From: an uncultured Candidatus Saccharibacteria bacterium
GTDB lineage: Bacteria; Patescibacteriota; Minisyncoccia; Phycocordibacterales; UBA6899
Reading direction: 5' to 3'
Length of the DNA stretch: 64,000 bases
NCBI GenBank assembly: GCA_964469335.1
Contig: CAYXYK010000001.1
Span: forward strand, 78,501 to 142,500
Each line of letters begins with the position of its first letter. Positions within the stretch are counted from its first letter, which is position 1. Below are positions 11,301 through 19,951 of this stretch, piece by piece. The notes under the pieces were generated by a model. The model worked only from the letters and a program-made list of their open reading frames with translations. It had not been told where the DNA came from and made no database searches. The position numbers and the translations under genes are program-made.

Positions 11301-11660
11301 CTCGCGGGTGTACAAGAGGTACATATAGTTGTTCGTCGCGAATTGCGGATCGATGGCGATGCCGAGGAGTCCGCGATCGCCATAACTGTTCACGTCAGTG
11401 AGTTTGATGACCGGAGTCGGGAGGAGTGCCCCGTTCTTCCACACGACGACCGTTCCGTCCTTTTCCGCGATGAAGATGCGTCCGTCAGCAGCAAACGTCA
11501 TTTGTGTCGGCAGATTGAGTCCACCAGTGAGTGTCTCCGTTTCGAATCCTGCCGGGAGTGCGGCAAGTGCCGGAGTCGGAGTGACTGAAACAAAGAGACC
11601 CGCGAGTAATAGTGCGGGGAGGGTGAATCTGAACATGACGGATGATTGTGACGTATACAT
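5343..11660 (-). CDS. Giant (2105 aa) secreted multidomain surface protein: SGDH beta-propeller + PKD + Ig-like + ~5 CBM_4_9-like modules + polysaccharide deacetylase (NodB) domain
   Basis: Signal peptide (MFRFTLPALLLAGLFVSVTPTPALAA; alternative start 11636). LPAGFETETLTGGLNLPTQ...GDRGLLGIAIDPQF is glucose/sorbosone dehydrogenase-like. PLTYLWNFGDGATSTSTNPVHVYTTQGNYTAALTVFD is PKD. Repeated Ig-like units (VSGxVTLxASSSDNVGVxGVxYYVDN...PYxxxWNT). Repeated ~150-aa modules start NLI(L/A/P)NPS(V/L)ET...GGWGTN...DGDAKWYF...YYKS (CBM_4_9-like). TFANGMVSLSFDDGW and C-term HEIDSHTQTHVSL...YPYGDY are NodB deacetylase motifs. Confidence 0.7.
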   Translation of the reverse strand: MYTSQSSVMFRFTLPALLLAGLFVSVTPTPALAALPAGFETETLTGGLNLPTQMTFAADGRIFIAEKDGTVVVWKNGALLPTPVIKLTDVNSYGDRGLLGIAIDPQFATNNYMYLLYTRENTPGTNFAGKKTGRIVRVTLVGDVADESTKVTLVGSVGGTLAKPSCADYATTSDCIPSDSASHSVGGLRFGPDGKLYATFGEGANFDYADPYAMRAQDLDSLGGKMIRINTDGTAPADNPFYNGSSTANRSKVWVYGLRNDFRFNFRASTGSLFSGDVGWSSWEEVNKIVAGGNYGWPCYEGVDKRAEFNCNVVGMKTPLYSYAHDVNGAGSVTAGAFGSAYPLAYQNSLFIGDYAQNWIKRVVLDGSENFVSVQDFMSAADGSDGPVDITAGPDGNVYFLSIYTGELKRILYTTGNRQPIAVMSANPTSGSLPLSVTFNGAASSDPDNNPLTYLWNFGDGATSTSTNPVHVYTTQGNYTAALTVFDGQGGQNTKSITIYAGNRAPTATIIAPSTGGLYKVGDNIALSGTGIDPEDGTLSGASLVWTIILHHNTHIHILQTLTGTNPSFPAPDHNDTDVYTEVRLTVTDSGGLSTSKSVNIYLDNFVPTLGNQILNPSLETPSAGSATSPDHWAIGGYGINAANYLYPVAGFDGTDAAQVTVTSYTDGDVKWVHEPVTVSGGHSYDFSGYYKSNAAVGIILQIGYGDGTYTYYNLGDILPAANWTRVDRTFVVPAGGTSAMVAFPLTSVGQMSIDLFSIQSTPTGIDTTAPLVAMTSPLNNQTVSGIVTLVASSSDNVGVSGVRYYVDNVAVGNQLAESPYAYAWNSQSVANGSHVIFAVSRDAAGNTATSSSITLSVLNQAAGGATSTQNLILNPSVETAGTGGKPLNWLQAKYGTNSTTFAYPVAGFDGARAMQINVATYSSGAARWYFADVPVTPGANLQFSDYYKSTGVSTVMIRYTLTSGAFGYVTLGTLPAQTNWTKVQYNFTVPAGVVSMTVLHSLYNVGVLSTDMYYLGTAGAVSDTTKPAVAISTPVSGATLKGVSPLRAQAGDLSGIAGIQFYLDNVKFGNEVLTSPYELAFDSSLQSNATHSLFAVARDAAGNVATSSTVTFTVNNAIGGGGDTTLPVVTISSPANGATVSGVVAVNGNATDNVGVTSLQFKVDNVLVASGVTPAFSFNWNTASSTNGAHTVTVTAFDAAGNNNFALLPLTVSNSTSTATTTLGPNLIPNGNFETANGANPLGWNKGGWGTNDRTFTYPVTGQDGLKGARVAMTTYTSGDAKWYFNKIAVTPGTLYNFSGWYKSSTIMDVIGEYTMSNGTLLYVGIAKENQPTTNWVKMSADFTPPVGATQLTLYPLISAVGTLDIDDFSINAKGTTTVNTDTQAPLVAMTAPANNATVSGTINITASSTDNVAVTKLWFAVDGNVVSPVYTSAPYSFALNTTLLTNGAHVLKATAEDAVGNNNTGTSTINVNNSTSTPDTTKPIITITNPISGSTVSGDVTLSASSSDNIGVVGVKFFVDAVQQESEDLASPYSMTWSTLSSTNGAHVVTAVARDAAGNTATATSTVMVNNSVATTTNLIANPSVETGTTLPTGWAQGGWGTNNRVLSYPVAGQDGAKAVAMTITTFTDGDAKWYFNPVNIATGTSYTYSDYYKSDVGTALTARYTLVGGTFSYVFLGNVPAAANWTKTSVQFVPPANATAVTIFHALSSVGTLSVDNFSLAPSSGVNPNTFANGMVSLSFDDGWVSHYTTVMPMLNAAGLKGSFGIITSYMLNTVPANPISNFSLEATGTASTPQDWFKGGWGTNDAVLTWPVAGFSGAKAAQLSITTYTDGDAKWYFKDVSVVDGQKFTFSDYYKSTATSTITARYYMGSSTYVYAQLAVVPPSPVWATQPVQFTVPGNVQSMTIFHALSSVGTLTIDLANLDDGNPQPYVSSGQVLDMQASGHEIDSHTQTHVSLSTIPVVDMQNQITGSRNDLLGIGVTAPEILVYPYGDYNAAVEQTAQTAGFIGARSVDRGFNLKNTDKYALKVQQIDMATPLSQLEAWVDQAKQDKTWLIFMFHQVDTGGEQLSISPSDLQTLVNYIKASGVTVPTIREGVQQMAL

Positions 11661-11675
11661 AATGGAACGAACGGA

Positions 11676-12383
11676 TTAATTTCTTGCCTGCTGACTCATC
11701 TCGGACGACGGAGCAGTTAATGCTTGTAATTTTGTTAATAGCTGAAGATCGCCTTTTTCATCTCCAGTGTAATTCCGAATATTCAGAAAACTCGCGAGGG
11801 CGACTCGGCTTTCGATTGAGGGGTCTATATTATGATCGCGAAGGAACTTGACCAGCAATAAGGTCGAGCCTCCGAATGTCGACTGGTGCGGCTCGGTGGT
11901 ACTCCCTGTTACCGTTGATGATGAATACAATACTTGGTTTTCGCCAAGAGTGTCAAATACAGCGGCGGAAGATTCTTTGGCAGTAGAAGGGGCAGCGTCA
12001 CGGGGCTCATCTTTCGGCAAAAGTATACTGGGGACGAACAGCTCGCGAAGACTGATGTCGGTCAGATATTCAGGATTATTGATCGCGGTATAGGTACGGC
12101 TGGGAAGCTCATAGATAGGAATGCGTTTTTCGTCCTGAAAGAGCACCACGAATGAAGAGGCGATTGCCGCCAGCACCATCATCGACATGGTGAAAGGGAT
12201 CGAGACTGCAAAGACTCTACGGATGACCGTGTCATTCGATATCACAATGAACGGAGAGAAGAAGCCGCGTACAGCGCGACGCATGAACGAGCTGCGCTTC
12301 GAAACCGCACTCGTGCATTTCCCGATCAGGACAACGAGGATATTGAGAAACATCGAGACTCCGCCAAAGGGTGATTGGAACAT
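11676..12383 (-). CDS. Hypothetical protein (N-terminal TM segments), in envelope-polysaccharide gene string
   Basis: 235-aa ORF co-directional between GT2 gene and giant protein; no recognisable motif. Confidence 0.35.
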   Translation of the reverse strand: MFQSPFGGVSMFLNILVVLIGKCTSAVSKRSSFMRRAVRGFFSPFIVISNDTVIRRVFAVSIPFTMSMMVLAAIASSFVVLFQDEKRIPIYELPSRTYTAINNPEYLTDISLRELFVPSILLPKDEPRDAAPSTAKESSAAVFDTLGENQVLYSSSTVTGSTTEPHQSTFGGSTLLLVKFLRDHNIDPSIESRVALASFLNIRNYTGDEKGDLQLLTKLQALTAPSSEMSQQARN

Positions 12384-12390
12384 ATTATGA

Positions 12391-13410
12391 TTATGCTATT
12401 TCCCTACGCTCAGGATGGAACCACACGAGGTTGGTGCGGCGAAGGACGATCTCAACCCAGAATTGCTCAAGGAAGATGAACGCGTTAATAAAGATGAGGA
12501 CGATATAGGTCGGAGCATAGTAGAAAAGGTCCCAGCGTTTACGCACCACCGCGGCATATCCGCCGAGAATGAGGATGAATACGAGGTACGGCGGCATGAA
12601 GAAGAGGAAGAAGCGCAAGTCGACTACCGGGAAGAGGAAAAGAGCGACCGAGAAGATGAGGCCCTCGATGTAGGTAAGCGAGAGCTGGAGCGCGTTGTTC
12701 GGCTTCTTTACAATAGAGTAATGCTTGCGCAGGTTCTGCCAGCCGCCGCAATACCAACGACGCATCTGGTTGATGTATGAGGGAAGTGTCGCGGGGTCCT
12801 GGGTATACGAGACCGCTTTCTGCGCATAGACGATCTCGTAGTATCGCTCGTGGAGTTTATAGGTGAAGTCGAGGTCCTCGGTGAGGGTGTCGTGATCGAA
12901 GGTGATCTCTCCCTTGAAGAGCTCGGTCTTGAATGCGCCCGCACAGCCGGGAATCACGAAGATCGAGTGGATGTAGGACTGTGCGAGTTTGTGCAGATTC
13001 TGTCCGATCACATACTCGAGCTCACGGCATGCGGTGAGCCAGTTGAACTTGAGACTTTTCACATATCCACACACCGCCGCCGCGTCGGGACGCTCGGTGA
13101 ATTTCTTCTCGATCTCCTCGACGAAGTTCGACGAGAGGATAGTGTCACCGTCGGTCGCAATGAAGACGTCGCCGACCACTTCGCGCAATCCACGCTCTTG
13201 CGCATAACTTTTATTTCCGGTCGCAACGGGAATGGTGAGCACCTCTATGCGATCACCGAATTCTTTGAGGATCTCGCCGCTGTTGTCGGTCGAGCCATCA
13301 TTCACCACGAGAATCTGATCGGCGGGGCGTGTCTGAAAAAGGCAAGACTCCACGCAGCGTCGGATGGACTTTTCTTCGTTGTGGCATGGTATAAGAATCG
13401 ATATTTTCAT
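12391..13410 (-). CDS. Family-2 glycosyltransferase, processive synthase type (QxxRW), C-terminal TM helices
   Basis: MKISILIPCHNEE..LVVNDGSTDNS, TDGDTIL (DxD), QMRRW (QxxRW motif of cellulose/chitin/PNAG synthases), then 2-3 TM helices; start chosen at MKISIL (cat 13408-13410). Confidence 0.7.
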   Translation of the reverse strand: MKISILIPCHNEEKSIRRCVESCLFQTRPADQILVVNDGSTDNSGEILKEFGDRIEVLTIPVATGNKSYAQERGLREVVGDVFIATDGDTILSSNFVEEIEKKFTERPDAAAVCGYVKSLKFNWLTACRELEYVIGQNLHKLAQSYIHSIFVIPGCAGAFKTELFKGEITFDHDTLTEDLDFTYKLHERYYEIVYAQKAVSYTQDPATLPSYINQMRRWYCGGWQNLRKHYSIVKKPNNALQLSLTYIEGLIFSVALFLFPVVDLRFFLFFMPPYLVFILILGGYAAVVRKRWDLFYYAPTYIVLIFINAFIFLEQFWVEIVLRRTNLVWFHPERREIA

Positions 13411-13567
13411 ATATCGCTGAAATGATGAATGGAGCGAAATGGAATTTCCGCTTTCCCGAATCAAAGTAACAGGTGTAAGTATATTACCTTACTTTGATGA
13501 AAAGTCAATGAAGAAGAATATCGCTATACAAAGCCCCGTTTTTGACCCGTTCTCCGAGGTACCTTCC

Positions 13568-15667
13568 CTACGGAAGCACCGATTTGAACGCAGCGAGTGA
13601 CGCTGCGCTCGAGTTCACCAGCCAATTGTATTCCTTATTCTGATTGAACCATAACACTGCTTTGACCTCGGGGTACTTTGCAAGCTGTGTCGCGAGGCCG
13701 TCAGTGATCCATGCCGGCTTGCGTGCATCTTCTTGGCTACCAACCGAGAAAATGTAGATCGGTTTGTTGTACACCTTGAGGCGCGTGATTGGATCATTGA
13801 ATACCTGATCGAATGTCATCCACGTCGGCTTGCCACTGTTGAATCCGTCGACGCCGACGATGTCGACATATGCGTCACCCGGGTAGAACAACTCTGGCTG
13901 ATTCGCCGCAGTGTCAGGAACCGAGTCTGCATTCACCGCCCAACCAAATTTCACGTTCGGGGCGGTGACGAAGAATTTGCGGAGGTACTGATAAGCAGCT
14001 TTGTACTTCGCGGGAGTATTATTCCCTATCGTTCCGCCCCATGGGAACCAGTCACCGTTGAACTCTGAGTACGGGATGATGATCACTTCACCTCCGTATG
14101 CTTTCGCATCGGCGGCGAACTTACTGATGTATGCATCCTGTTTTCCTGCAAGCACTGAATCGAATGAATACTCGGGCTGACTGAAATAATCACGGTTGTA
14201 GTCGAGCGCTTCCCAGAAGAGTACCATCGTCCTTCCCTTATCCTTGATGCGCGGTGCATACCAGGTCGGGAACTGATCGTTCCCCCAATGCGCGAACACC
14301 ATCTCCATGCTCGGTTGCTTTCCCACCAGTGCTTCGAAGTTCAACATTGCGTTATCCTCCCAGCCGACATACGCTCCCCATTTTACCCATGATGGGATCT
14401 TGCCGGTAACGGTTGCAGGGGCCGGGCTTGGGGTAGGTGATGGTGTCGGAGTAGGGCTTGGAACAGGAGCAGGTACGGGTGCTGGTGCTGGTTGAGGGGC
14501 AGGGGTTGTCGTAATCGACGAGAGATCCACCAAACTCAACCCGTCGAGTGTGAGTACACCGTTGCTGTTGATCAGATGGTACACCGAAAGTGACGCTGCT
14601 CCGCTAGGCGCTGTAAAAGTCGCTGTGTATGACTTCCACACTCCGAGTGACGAAGGTAGTGATGCAAGTAGTGCATAGCTCACCACGCCGCTCGTATTCG
14701 TGTATGAGAGCAGTACTTGCGAACTACCAGTCGAGAGATATTGATCGGAGAAACGGTACGACTTCCCCGCAGTGACCGGTACTTTGCCGGACACCCACTT
14801 CGCATCACCGCTGACGTAGCCGCTGACGGAGATGCTTGCCGCACGGTTACCATCGACGCCCGGGACCGGATACGTGAATGCACGATTACTCGTTCCCCAC
14901 CCACCCTTAGACCAAAGGTCTGGGAAGTTATCTCCATTCGCGTCGGTCTCGAATGAGGGATTCTGGATGAGATTCGCGGGAACGACAGACGCACCGGTCG
15001 AAACAGGAGCCGGAGCGGGTGCAGGAATAGGCGCAGGTGCTGGAGCGGGCGGCGTAGTAGAAGTGGTCGTGGTTGCGACAGTTCCGGTCGCGGCGGTCGG
15101 AGTCGGGGTGGGCGCAGGCGCAGGTGAAGGAGCTGGGGCGGGAACTACAGGAGAAACAGGAGATGGAGCGGGTGCGGGCTCCGGAGTCACCGGGGTGGTC
15201 GTGGTGGCAACAGGAGGGGTTGTCGTAGCGGACGGAGTAGGGGCGGGGGTTGCGACACATGCACCGATGTCGATGGTCTGTGCAGCACTGAGTCGGCTGC
15301 TGAGGGCAGAGAGGGCACGCACGCGATACGAATAGAGTCCGACACCGTAGCCGGCTCTCCATGTCGCATCATTTAAGGCAAGCTCGGTTGTCTCCCCTGT
15401 TACTTCCCATCCGTTGGCCCAGGGGTATTTGCGCTCGAGATCATACGCTTCAGCATTGTTTGACTGCGACCACGCAGCGCTCACCAGCGGCATATCGCCG
15501 ACACAAGTCACGGTGAGTGATGTCATGGCGAACACCCCAGGACGTTGCCCTGCAGCAGCAGCAAGAAAGTCACGCACTCCGGCCATCGGACCGCTCGGTG
15601 CAACGATCACCACCAGAAGGAGGGTGGCGAAGGAACCAAGAATGGCGTAACTGATCTTTTTATTCAT
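13568..15667 (-). CDS. Secreted glycoside hydrolase, GH26-like catalytic domain with CBM_4_9-like module and Pro/Thr/Ala-rich linkers
   Basis: N-terminal signal/TM. PAPAPSPAPAPTPTPT linkers. NLIQNPSFETDANGDNFPDLWSKGGWGTSNR module is homologous to those in the 2105-aa protein. C-term WGAYVGWED...YSEFNGDWFPWGG...VDIVGVDGFN resembles the GH26 mannanase HEFNGxWxxWG catalytic-acid motif. Confidence 0.6.
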   Translation of the reverse strand: MNKKISYAILGSFATLLLVVIVAPSGPMAGVRDFLAAAAGQRPGVFAMTSLTVTCVGDMPLVSAAWSQSNNAEAYDLERKYPWANGWEVTGETTELALNDATWRAGYGVGLYSYRVRALSALSSRLSAAQTIDIGACVATPAPTPSATTTPPVATTTTPVTPEPAPAPSPVSPVVPAPAPSPAPAPTPTPTAATGTVATTTTSTTPPAPAPAPIPAPAPAPVSTGASVVPANLIQNPSFETDANGDNFPDLWSKGGWGTSNRAFTYPVPGVDGNRAASISVSGYVSGDAKWVSGKVPVTAGKSYRFSDQYLSTGSSQVLLSYTNTSGVVSYALLASLPSSLGVWKSYTATFTAPSGAASLSVYHLINSNGVLTLDGLSLVDLSSITTTPAPQPAPAPVPAPVPSPTPTPSPTPSPAPATVTGKIPSWVKWGAYVGWEDNAMLNFEALVGKQPSMEMVFAHWGNDQFPTWYAPRIKDKGRTMVLFWEALDYNRDYFSQPEYSFDSVLAGKQDAYISKFAADAKAYGGEVIIIPYSEFNGDWFPWGGTIGNNTPAKYKAAYQYLRKFFVTAPNVKFGWAVNADSVPDTAANQPELFYPGDAYVDIVGVDGFNSGKPTWMTFDQVFNDPITRLKVYNKPIYIFSVGSQEDARKPAWITDGLATQLAKYPEVKAVLWFNQNKEYNWLVNSSAASLAAFKSVLP

Positions 15668-15847
15668 AGATAGATTGATGAAAACAAACGATTATAAAGT
15701 ATGAAAATCTCGTGAACATCGACGATGCTCCTAAACCTGCATCATTATTGCCGACTTGGCAACCTCCACTATACATTTTCCTTCTTTACAGGAGTAGTAG
15801 GAGTTCCTTGCTTTTTTTGAGAAATATGGCAGTATCACAAATTACAT

Positions 15848-17122
15848 ATGGTCGCAAAAGGAATCATGTTGCTGTTCCCAATCGGAGTCGTCTTGGCCCT
15901 GCTGTATTCCGGTGCCACATTTTTCCAAAAAGAAGAGGTTCCCGCACCGGTTGTCGCCACCGAAGAGCCGTCACTAATAGAGACACCGGTCGCCACCGAA
16001 AGAGAGGAATCGACCAGCACTGACGCAGTCGCGACTACCACTACTTCGACCTCGACTCCGAAAGTTGCGACATCGACACCCGCGGTGAAGTTGCAGGTCT
16101 CTTCCACTCCACTCCATCTTGGTATCTATGGCGACGGCTGGGCAAACAACTCATGGGGAACGAAAGTCGTCCATGACAAGAAATCTGCGACCCTGGTCGC
16201 GACATACCACAAGCCGTGGGAGGCATTCTCGGTCTACTCGGAAGGAATGACAACCGCGAAGTACCGCTCGATCGAATTGGTATTCACCTCAAAGAACACC
16301 GACTCGCGCACACTCTTCCTCTCACTCTATAACGGCACCACGAAAGTGGGTGCTGTCCCCCTCTTTCCATATCAGGTTCCGACGAAATTCGGAATGTTCC
16401 GCATTCCGCTCGCCGACATTGCGACCACGAGCTCAAAATTCACCGACATTGTTATTGAAAGTGACCACGCTCAATCAGTGCAATTCTCTGAACTCAGACT
16501 TTCTGACACGAATGCAAGCTCTCACTTGAGTGAGATCTACCCTGTTGCTTCAGTTGACACTGCACCGACCGTGACCCCAGAGCCCGCACCGGCACCTGCC
16601 GAGCCTGTCGTCGTGACGCCGCCTGCAGCAAAGGCGAAAGGCGGGAACATTTTCTTTCAAGGACTTGCCGAGGGTTGGAAGGTCGTCACCAGACGCGGAA
16701 CGGTCATTGAGACTATGGAAGACGAGAATCAGAGTGTAACAGGAAAGGCGATCAAGCTCCATTTTACCCTTCAGGACGGCTCGCTCTCGTTCGAGCACCC
16801 AGGTGGGATCGACACTACCGGCTACCGCTATCTCCACATGAAGATCTACGGCGGACTCACAGACTATCAGTGGCAACAGCTCATCGTCACTCTTTATGGC
16901 GAGAACGACAAGAAGCTCGGAACTCGCGACGTGATGATGTACTCCGGGAACGGAAGAATCCAGATGCAGAACTGGAACAATGCGAATATCCCCCTCTATG
17001 AACTCGGCGCTACGGACACCGTGGTGAAATCCATCGATATCGAGAACGTGAACGTTACGCAAGACGGTGACCACGTCTGGATCGACGACGTGCGACTCGT
17101 CGACGACTACACTGCGATCTAG
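15848..17122 (+). CDS. Hypothetical membrane-anchored secreted protein with Thr-rich linker and two beta-sandwich-like repeats
   Basis: 424-aa ORF, N-terminal TM (LLFPIGVVLALLYSGATFF), TTTTSTSTPKVATSTP linker; no enzymatic motif. Confidence 0.45.
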   Translation: MVAKGIMLLFPIGVVLALLYSGATFFQKEEVPAPVVATEEPSLIETPVATEREESTSTDAVATTTTSTSTPKVATSTPAVKLQVSSTPLHLGIYGDGWANNSWGTKVVHDKKSATLVATYHKPWEAFSVYSEGMTTAKYRSIELVFTSKNTDSRTLFLSLYNGTTKVGAVPLFPYQVPTKFGMFRIPLADIATTSSKFTDIVIESDHAQSVQFSELRLSDTNASSHLSEIYPVASVDTAPTVTPEPAPAPAEPVVVTPPAAKAKGGNIFFQGLAEGWKVVTRRGTVIETMEDENQSVTGKAIKLHFTLQDGSLSFEHPGGIDTTGYRYLHMKIYGGLTDYQWQQLIVTLYGENDKKLGTRDVMMYSGNGRIQMQNWNNANIPLYELGATDTVVKSIDIENVNVTQDGDHVWIDDVRLVDDYTAI

Positions 17123-17219
17123 TCCCGAGTGACAAAGATTGACTGTGACACTCTATCGTGTTAGAATTACCCCAAACGTAGTCCTTCCCATCAACAACAG
17201 AAAGTAAAGGAGAGCAGAC

Positions 17220-18218
17220 ATGACTCATTCCGCTCGCTCCAAGAAAGCTCCCAAGAACATCGTCGTCATCGGCGGCGCCAAAGGCATCAGCAACGTCATC
17301 GTCGGAATCCGTGCCTATCTCGATTCGAACATCACCGCCGTGATCTCTACCGCAGACAACGGCGGATCGTCCGGTATCCTTTCCGACTGCTACGGCGTCG
17401 GACCGGTCGGAGACCTGCGCCGTGTTTGCGGTGCGCTCGCAGACGACAACGAAACAAGCGAGCTCCTCAGCCTCGCCGAGTACCGCTACGAATCCGGCTG
17501 CCTTGCGCCGCATACGTTCGGCAACCTGGTGCTACTCACCCTGTTCCAGCGCTACGGCTGCATCGAACAGGCGATCGAGAAGTACTGCAAGATGATCGGC
17601 GCGAAAGGCAGCGTCATTCCGGTGACGCTCGGCAAACAGACCCTATGGGCACGCCGCGAAGACGGCAGCATCGTCGAAGGTGAGAGCCGCATCGACGTTT
17701 CAAGCGACCAGAGCACGAGCCGCATCACTAAGGTGTGGCTCAGTCCGAAAGGCATCGTCAACCCGAAGGCGGAGACCGCGATCCGCGACGCCGATGTCGT
17801 CATCATCGGGCCCGGCGACCACTTCACGTCCATCATCCCGAACCTCTTGGTTCCCGGCATCCCGTCGGCGATCAAGGAGACCAAGGCGATGGTGGTGTAC
17901 GTCCCGAACCTGATGACCAAGCCGAGCGAGACGCCGAACTATCAGATGCGCGACCTGGTCGCGGACATCAACAGCTCGCTCGGCACCACGGACGCGATCG
18001 ACCTGATCATCGCCAACAATGAGGAGTTCCCACCTGACGTGCTCGAGAGCTACGCCATGGAAGCGAAGCATCCGATTTTTCCCACCGAAGAAGGCGTGCG
18101 CGGAGTGAGGATCCCGATCCGCACCGCTCCGCTCCTCAACCACCACGAGCACTGGCACCACGATCCGTACAAGATCGGCAAAGTGATCAGCGACTGCTGT
18201 CTCCCCGCTTTCCACTAA
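17220..18218 (+). CDS. YvcK/UPF0052 (CofD-like, gluconeogenesis-factor family) protein
   Basis: NIVVIGGAKGIS (GGxxG) and VISTADNGGSSGILSD closely matching the YvcK VADDGGSSG signature. Confidence 0.7.
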   Translation: MTHSARSKKAPKNIVVIGGAKGISNVIVGIRAYLDSNITAVISTADNGGSSGILSDCYGVGPVGDLRRVCGALADDNETSELLSLAEYRYESGCLAPHTFGNLVLLTLFQRYGCIEQAIEKYCKMIGAKGSVIPVTLGKQTLWARREDGSIVEGESRIDVSSDQSTSRITKVWLSPKGIVNPKAETAIRDADVVIIGPGDHFTSIIPNLLVPGIPSAIKETKAMVVYVPNLMTKPSETPNYQMRDLVADINSSLGTTDAIDLIIANNEEFPPDVLESYAMEAKHPIFPTEEGVRGVRIPIRTAPLLNHHEHWHHDPYKIGKVISDCCLPAFH

Positions 18219-18227
18219 CCCTGTTGC

Positions 18228-18257
18228 AAAGGCCCCCATCTGGGGGCTCTTTTTTAT
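18228..18257 (+). terminator. Rho-independent terminator after yvcK-like gene
   Basis: GGCCCCCA-tc-TGGGGGC followed by TCTTTTTTAT. Confidence 0.7.
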
Positions 18258-18274
18258 CTTTATCACCGCGAAAC

Positions 18275-19000
18275 CTATATCCCAGAGACACCGAACAGCG
18301 TTCCGACACCGAACGTGACTACCATTGCGATGATGCCACCTGCGACCACACGGATAGTGGCCCGACGCTTCTTTGCCCCACCGAGTTTTGCTGAAAGCAT
18401 ACCGGTCGCGATCAGCGCGACCAAGACCGCCGCGAAACATGCCGCGATGCGCGACCCCTCAGGAGGAAGGATGATGGCGAGGAGCGGGATGAAACCGCCG
18501 ACGGTGAACGACACTGCGGAAGCAAATGCCGCCGCGACGGGATTAGTGAGATTGTTCGGATCGGTCCGAAGTTCGGCATCCGCATGAGCCGCGAACGCGT
18601 CATGTGCGGTCAGTTCGAGTGCGACCACTCGTGCAGTGTCGGGCTTGAGTCCCTTTGCCCGGTAGATCGAGACCAGCTCTTCGAGTTCATGTTCGGGCTG
18701 ATGCAACAGTTCGTAGCGCTCCTTCTCGAGCATCGCCTGTTCGGTATCGCGCTGAGTCGAAACCGACACATATTCCCCCACCGCCATCGAGAGTGCTCCC
18801 GCCGTGAGCCCAGCGACACCGGCGGTGATGATAAAGCCTGACGCATTCGACGCACCGGCGACACCGACCACGATCGAAGCGGTCGAGACGATGCCGTCGT
18901 TGGCGCCGAGCACCGCGGCGCGCAGCCAGTTGAGTTTCTTTCCGGTATTCTTGGTGTCCGGATGCAGTTCAGCATGAGGATCAGAGTGCTTGCTTTCCAT
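18275..19000 (-). CDS. VIT1/CCC1-family Fe/Mn transporter
   Basis: Start MESKHSDPHAELHPD (cat 18998-19000); GANDGIVSTASIVVGVAGAS and C-terminal TM bundle typical of VIT/DUF125 family. Confidence 0.65.
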   Translation of the reverse strand: MESKHSDPHAELHPDTKNTGKKLNWLRAAVLGANDGIVSTASIVVGVAGASNASGFIITAGVAGLTAGALSMAVGEYVSVSTQRDTEQAMLEKERYELLHQPEHELEELVSIYRAKGLKPDTARVVALELTAHDAFAAHADAELRTDPNNLTNPVAAAFASAVSFTVGGFIPLLAIILPPEGSRIAACFAAVLVALIATGMLSAKLGGAKKRRATIRVVAGGIIAMVVTFGVGTLFGVSGI

Positions 19001-19056
19001 TTCGCAAGTATAGCAGATGTCGTTGACCCTGCGGATACGTATATTATGATGAGCAG

Positions 19057-19908
19057 ATGATATACAAACGATTCCACAAAGAAGGCCCCGGTGAGCTGCC
19101 GATGATCGATTACGCGACGAACGAAGATGAACTTCGAACACTTACCGACGAAGAGACTGCGGCGATAGTACACGCAAAGAAAGCCGCGAAAGAGACCGAG
19201 GAAGCGATCCTAGCCGCACAGCAGAAGGCAGCCGAAAGCGAAGGGCAACTCGAAGCCGTGCTCGAATCGAAGCAGGATGCACATGCGCGCGTCGCCGCAG
19301 CGAACGCGGCCGGTGCAGCAATCGAGACGGTCAACTTCAAGGGAGTCGATGAACTCGAGCTGATGAAGACAATTCGCAAAGTGAATGATGATGCGGAAGC
19401 AGAGGCGGCGCGAGTCGCAGCAGTGGCCGAGCGGGAAGCCGGAGATCTTAGACTCATGCGAGGTGACGAGGTCGACTACTCGATTGTGAACGAACGACGC
19501 CTGGCGGGAATTCCCGACGAGGTCATCGAAGTCGAGACCCCCGAGTGGCTGAAGGATGATCCTGAATTCGCAGTAACGGAGGACCCCGCTGCTATGCGTC
19601 TCGTTGAAACCAAAGGTGAGCTGAACAAAAGCATCGAAGGACAGCGCCGTGTCGAAGCCAAACGCGTCAGCGGTGTCACCTATGTCGAGGCCAGCGTTCC
19701 ACTCGGGAGTGAGTATGAGGACATTCCTCCCCTGCCTCCCCAGGAGCTCAGCGCGGAAGGACTCGCCGAACAGGAGCAAGCGAAAGCAGAGCAAGAACAT
19801 TTCAAAAAAGTACTCGGGCCGAGCAATGCTCCGAAACGCACATCGACATTGAAAGCTGAGCCAAGCGGGCTCCTCGCTCGCATCAAGGGCTGGTTTGGAG
19901 GATCATAG
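19057..19908 (+). CDS. Hypothetical acidic coiled-coil protein
   Basis: 283-aa ORF, highly charged (E/A/K-rich), no TM, no motif recognised. Confidence 0.35.
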   Translation: MIYKRFHKEGPGELPMIDYATNEDELRTLTDEETAAIVHAKKAAKETEEAILAAQQKAAESEGQLEAVLESKQDAHARVAAANAAGAAIETVNFKGVDELELMKTIRKVNDDAEAEAARVAAVAEREAGDLRLMRGDEVDYSIVNERRLAGIPDEVIEVETPEWLKDDPEFAVTEDPAAMRLVETKGELNKSIEGQRRVEAKRVSGVTYVEASVPLGSEYEDIPPLPPQELSAEGLAEQEQAKAEQEHFKKVLGPSNAPKRTSTLKAEPSGLLARIKGWFGGS

Positions 19909-19951
19909 TTGAAATGGAACGGAACGCGACAAGCGTTCTTTTTCATTTCGC

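Noticed and set aside
17700-18440. 246-aa ORF on minus strand overlapping yvcK-like gene; Arg-rich ORFs 17426-17683 and 17735-18022
   Set aside because: Shadow ORFs in a GC-rich coding region with Arg/Gly-rich nonsense composition.
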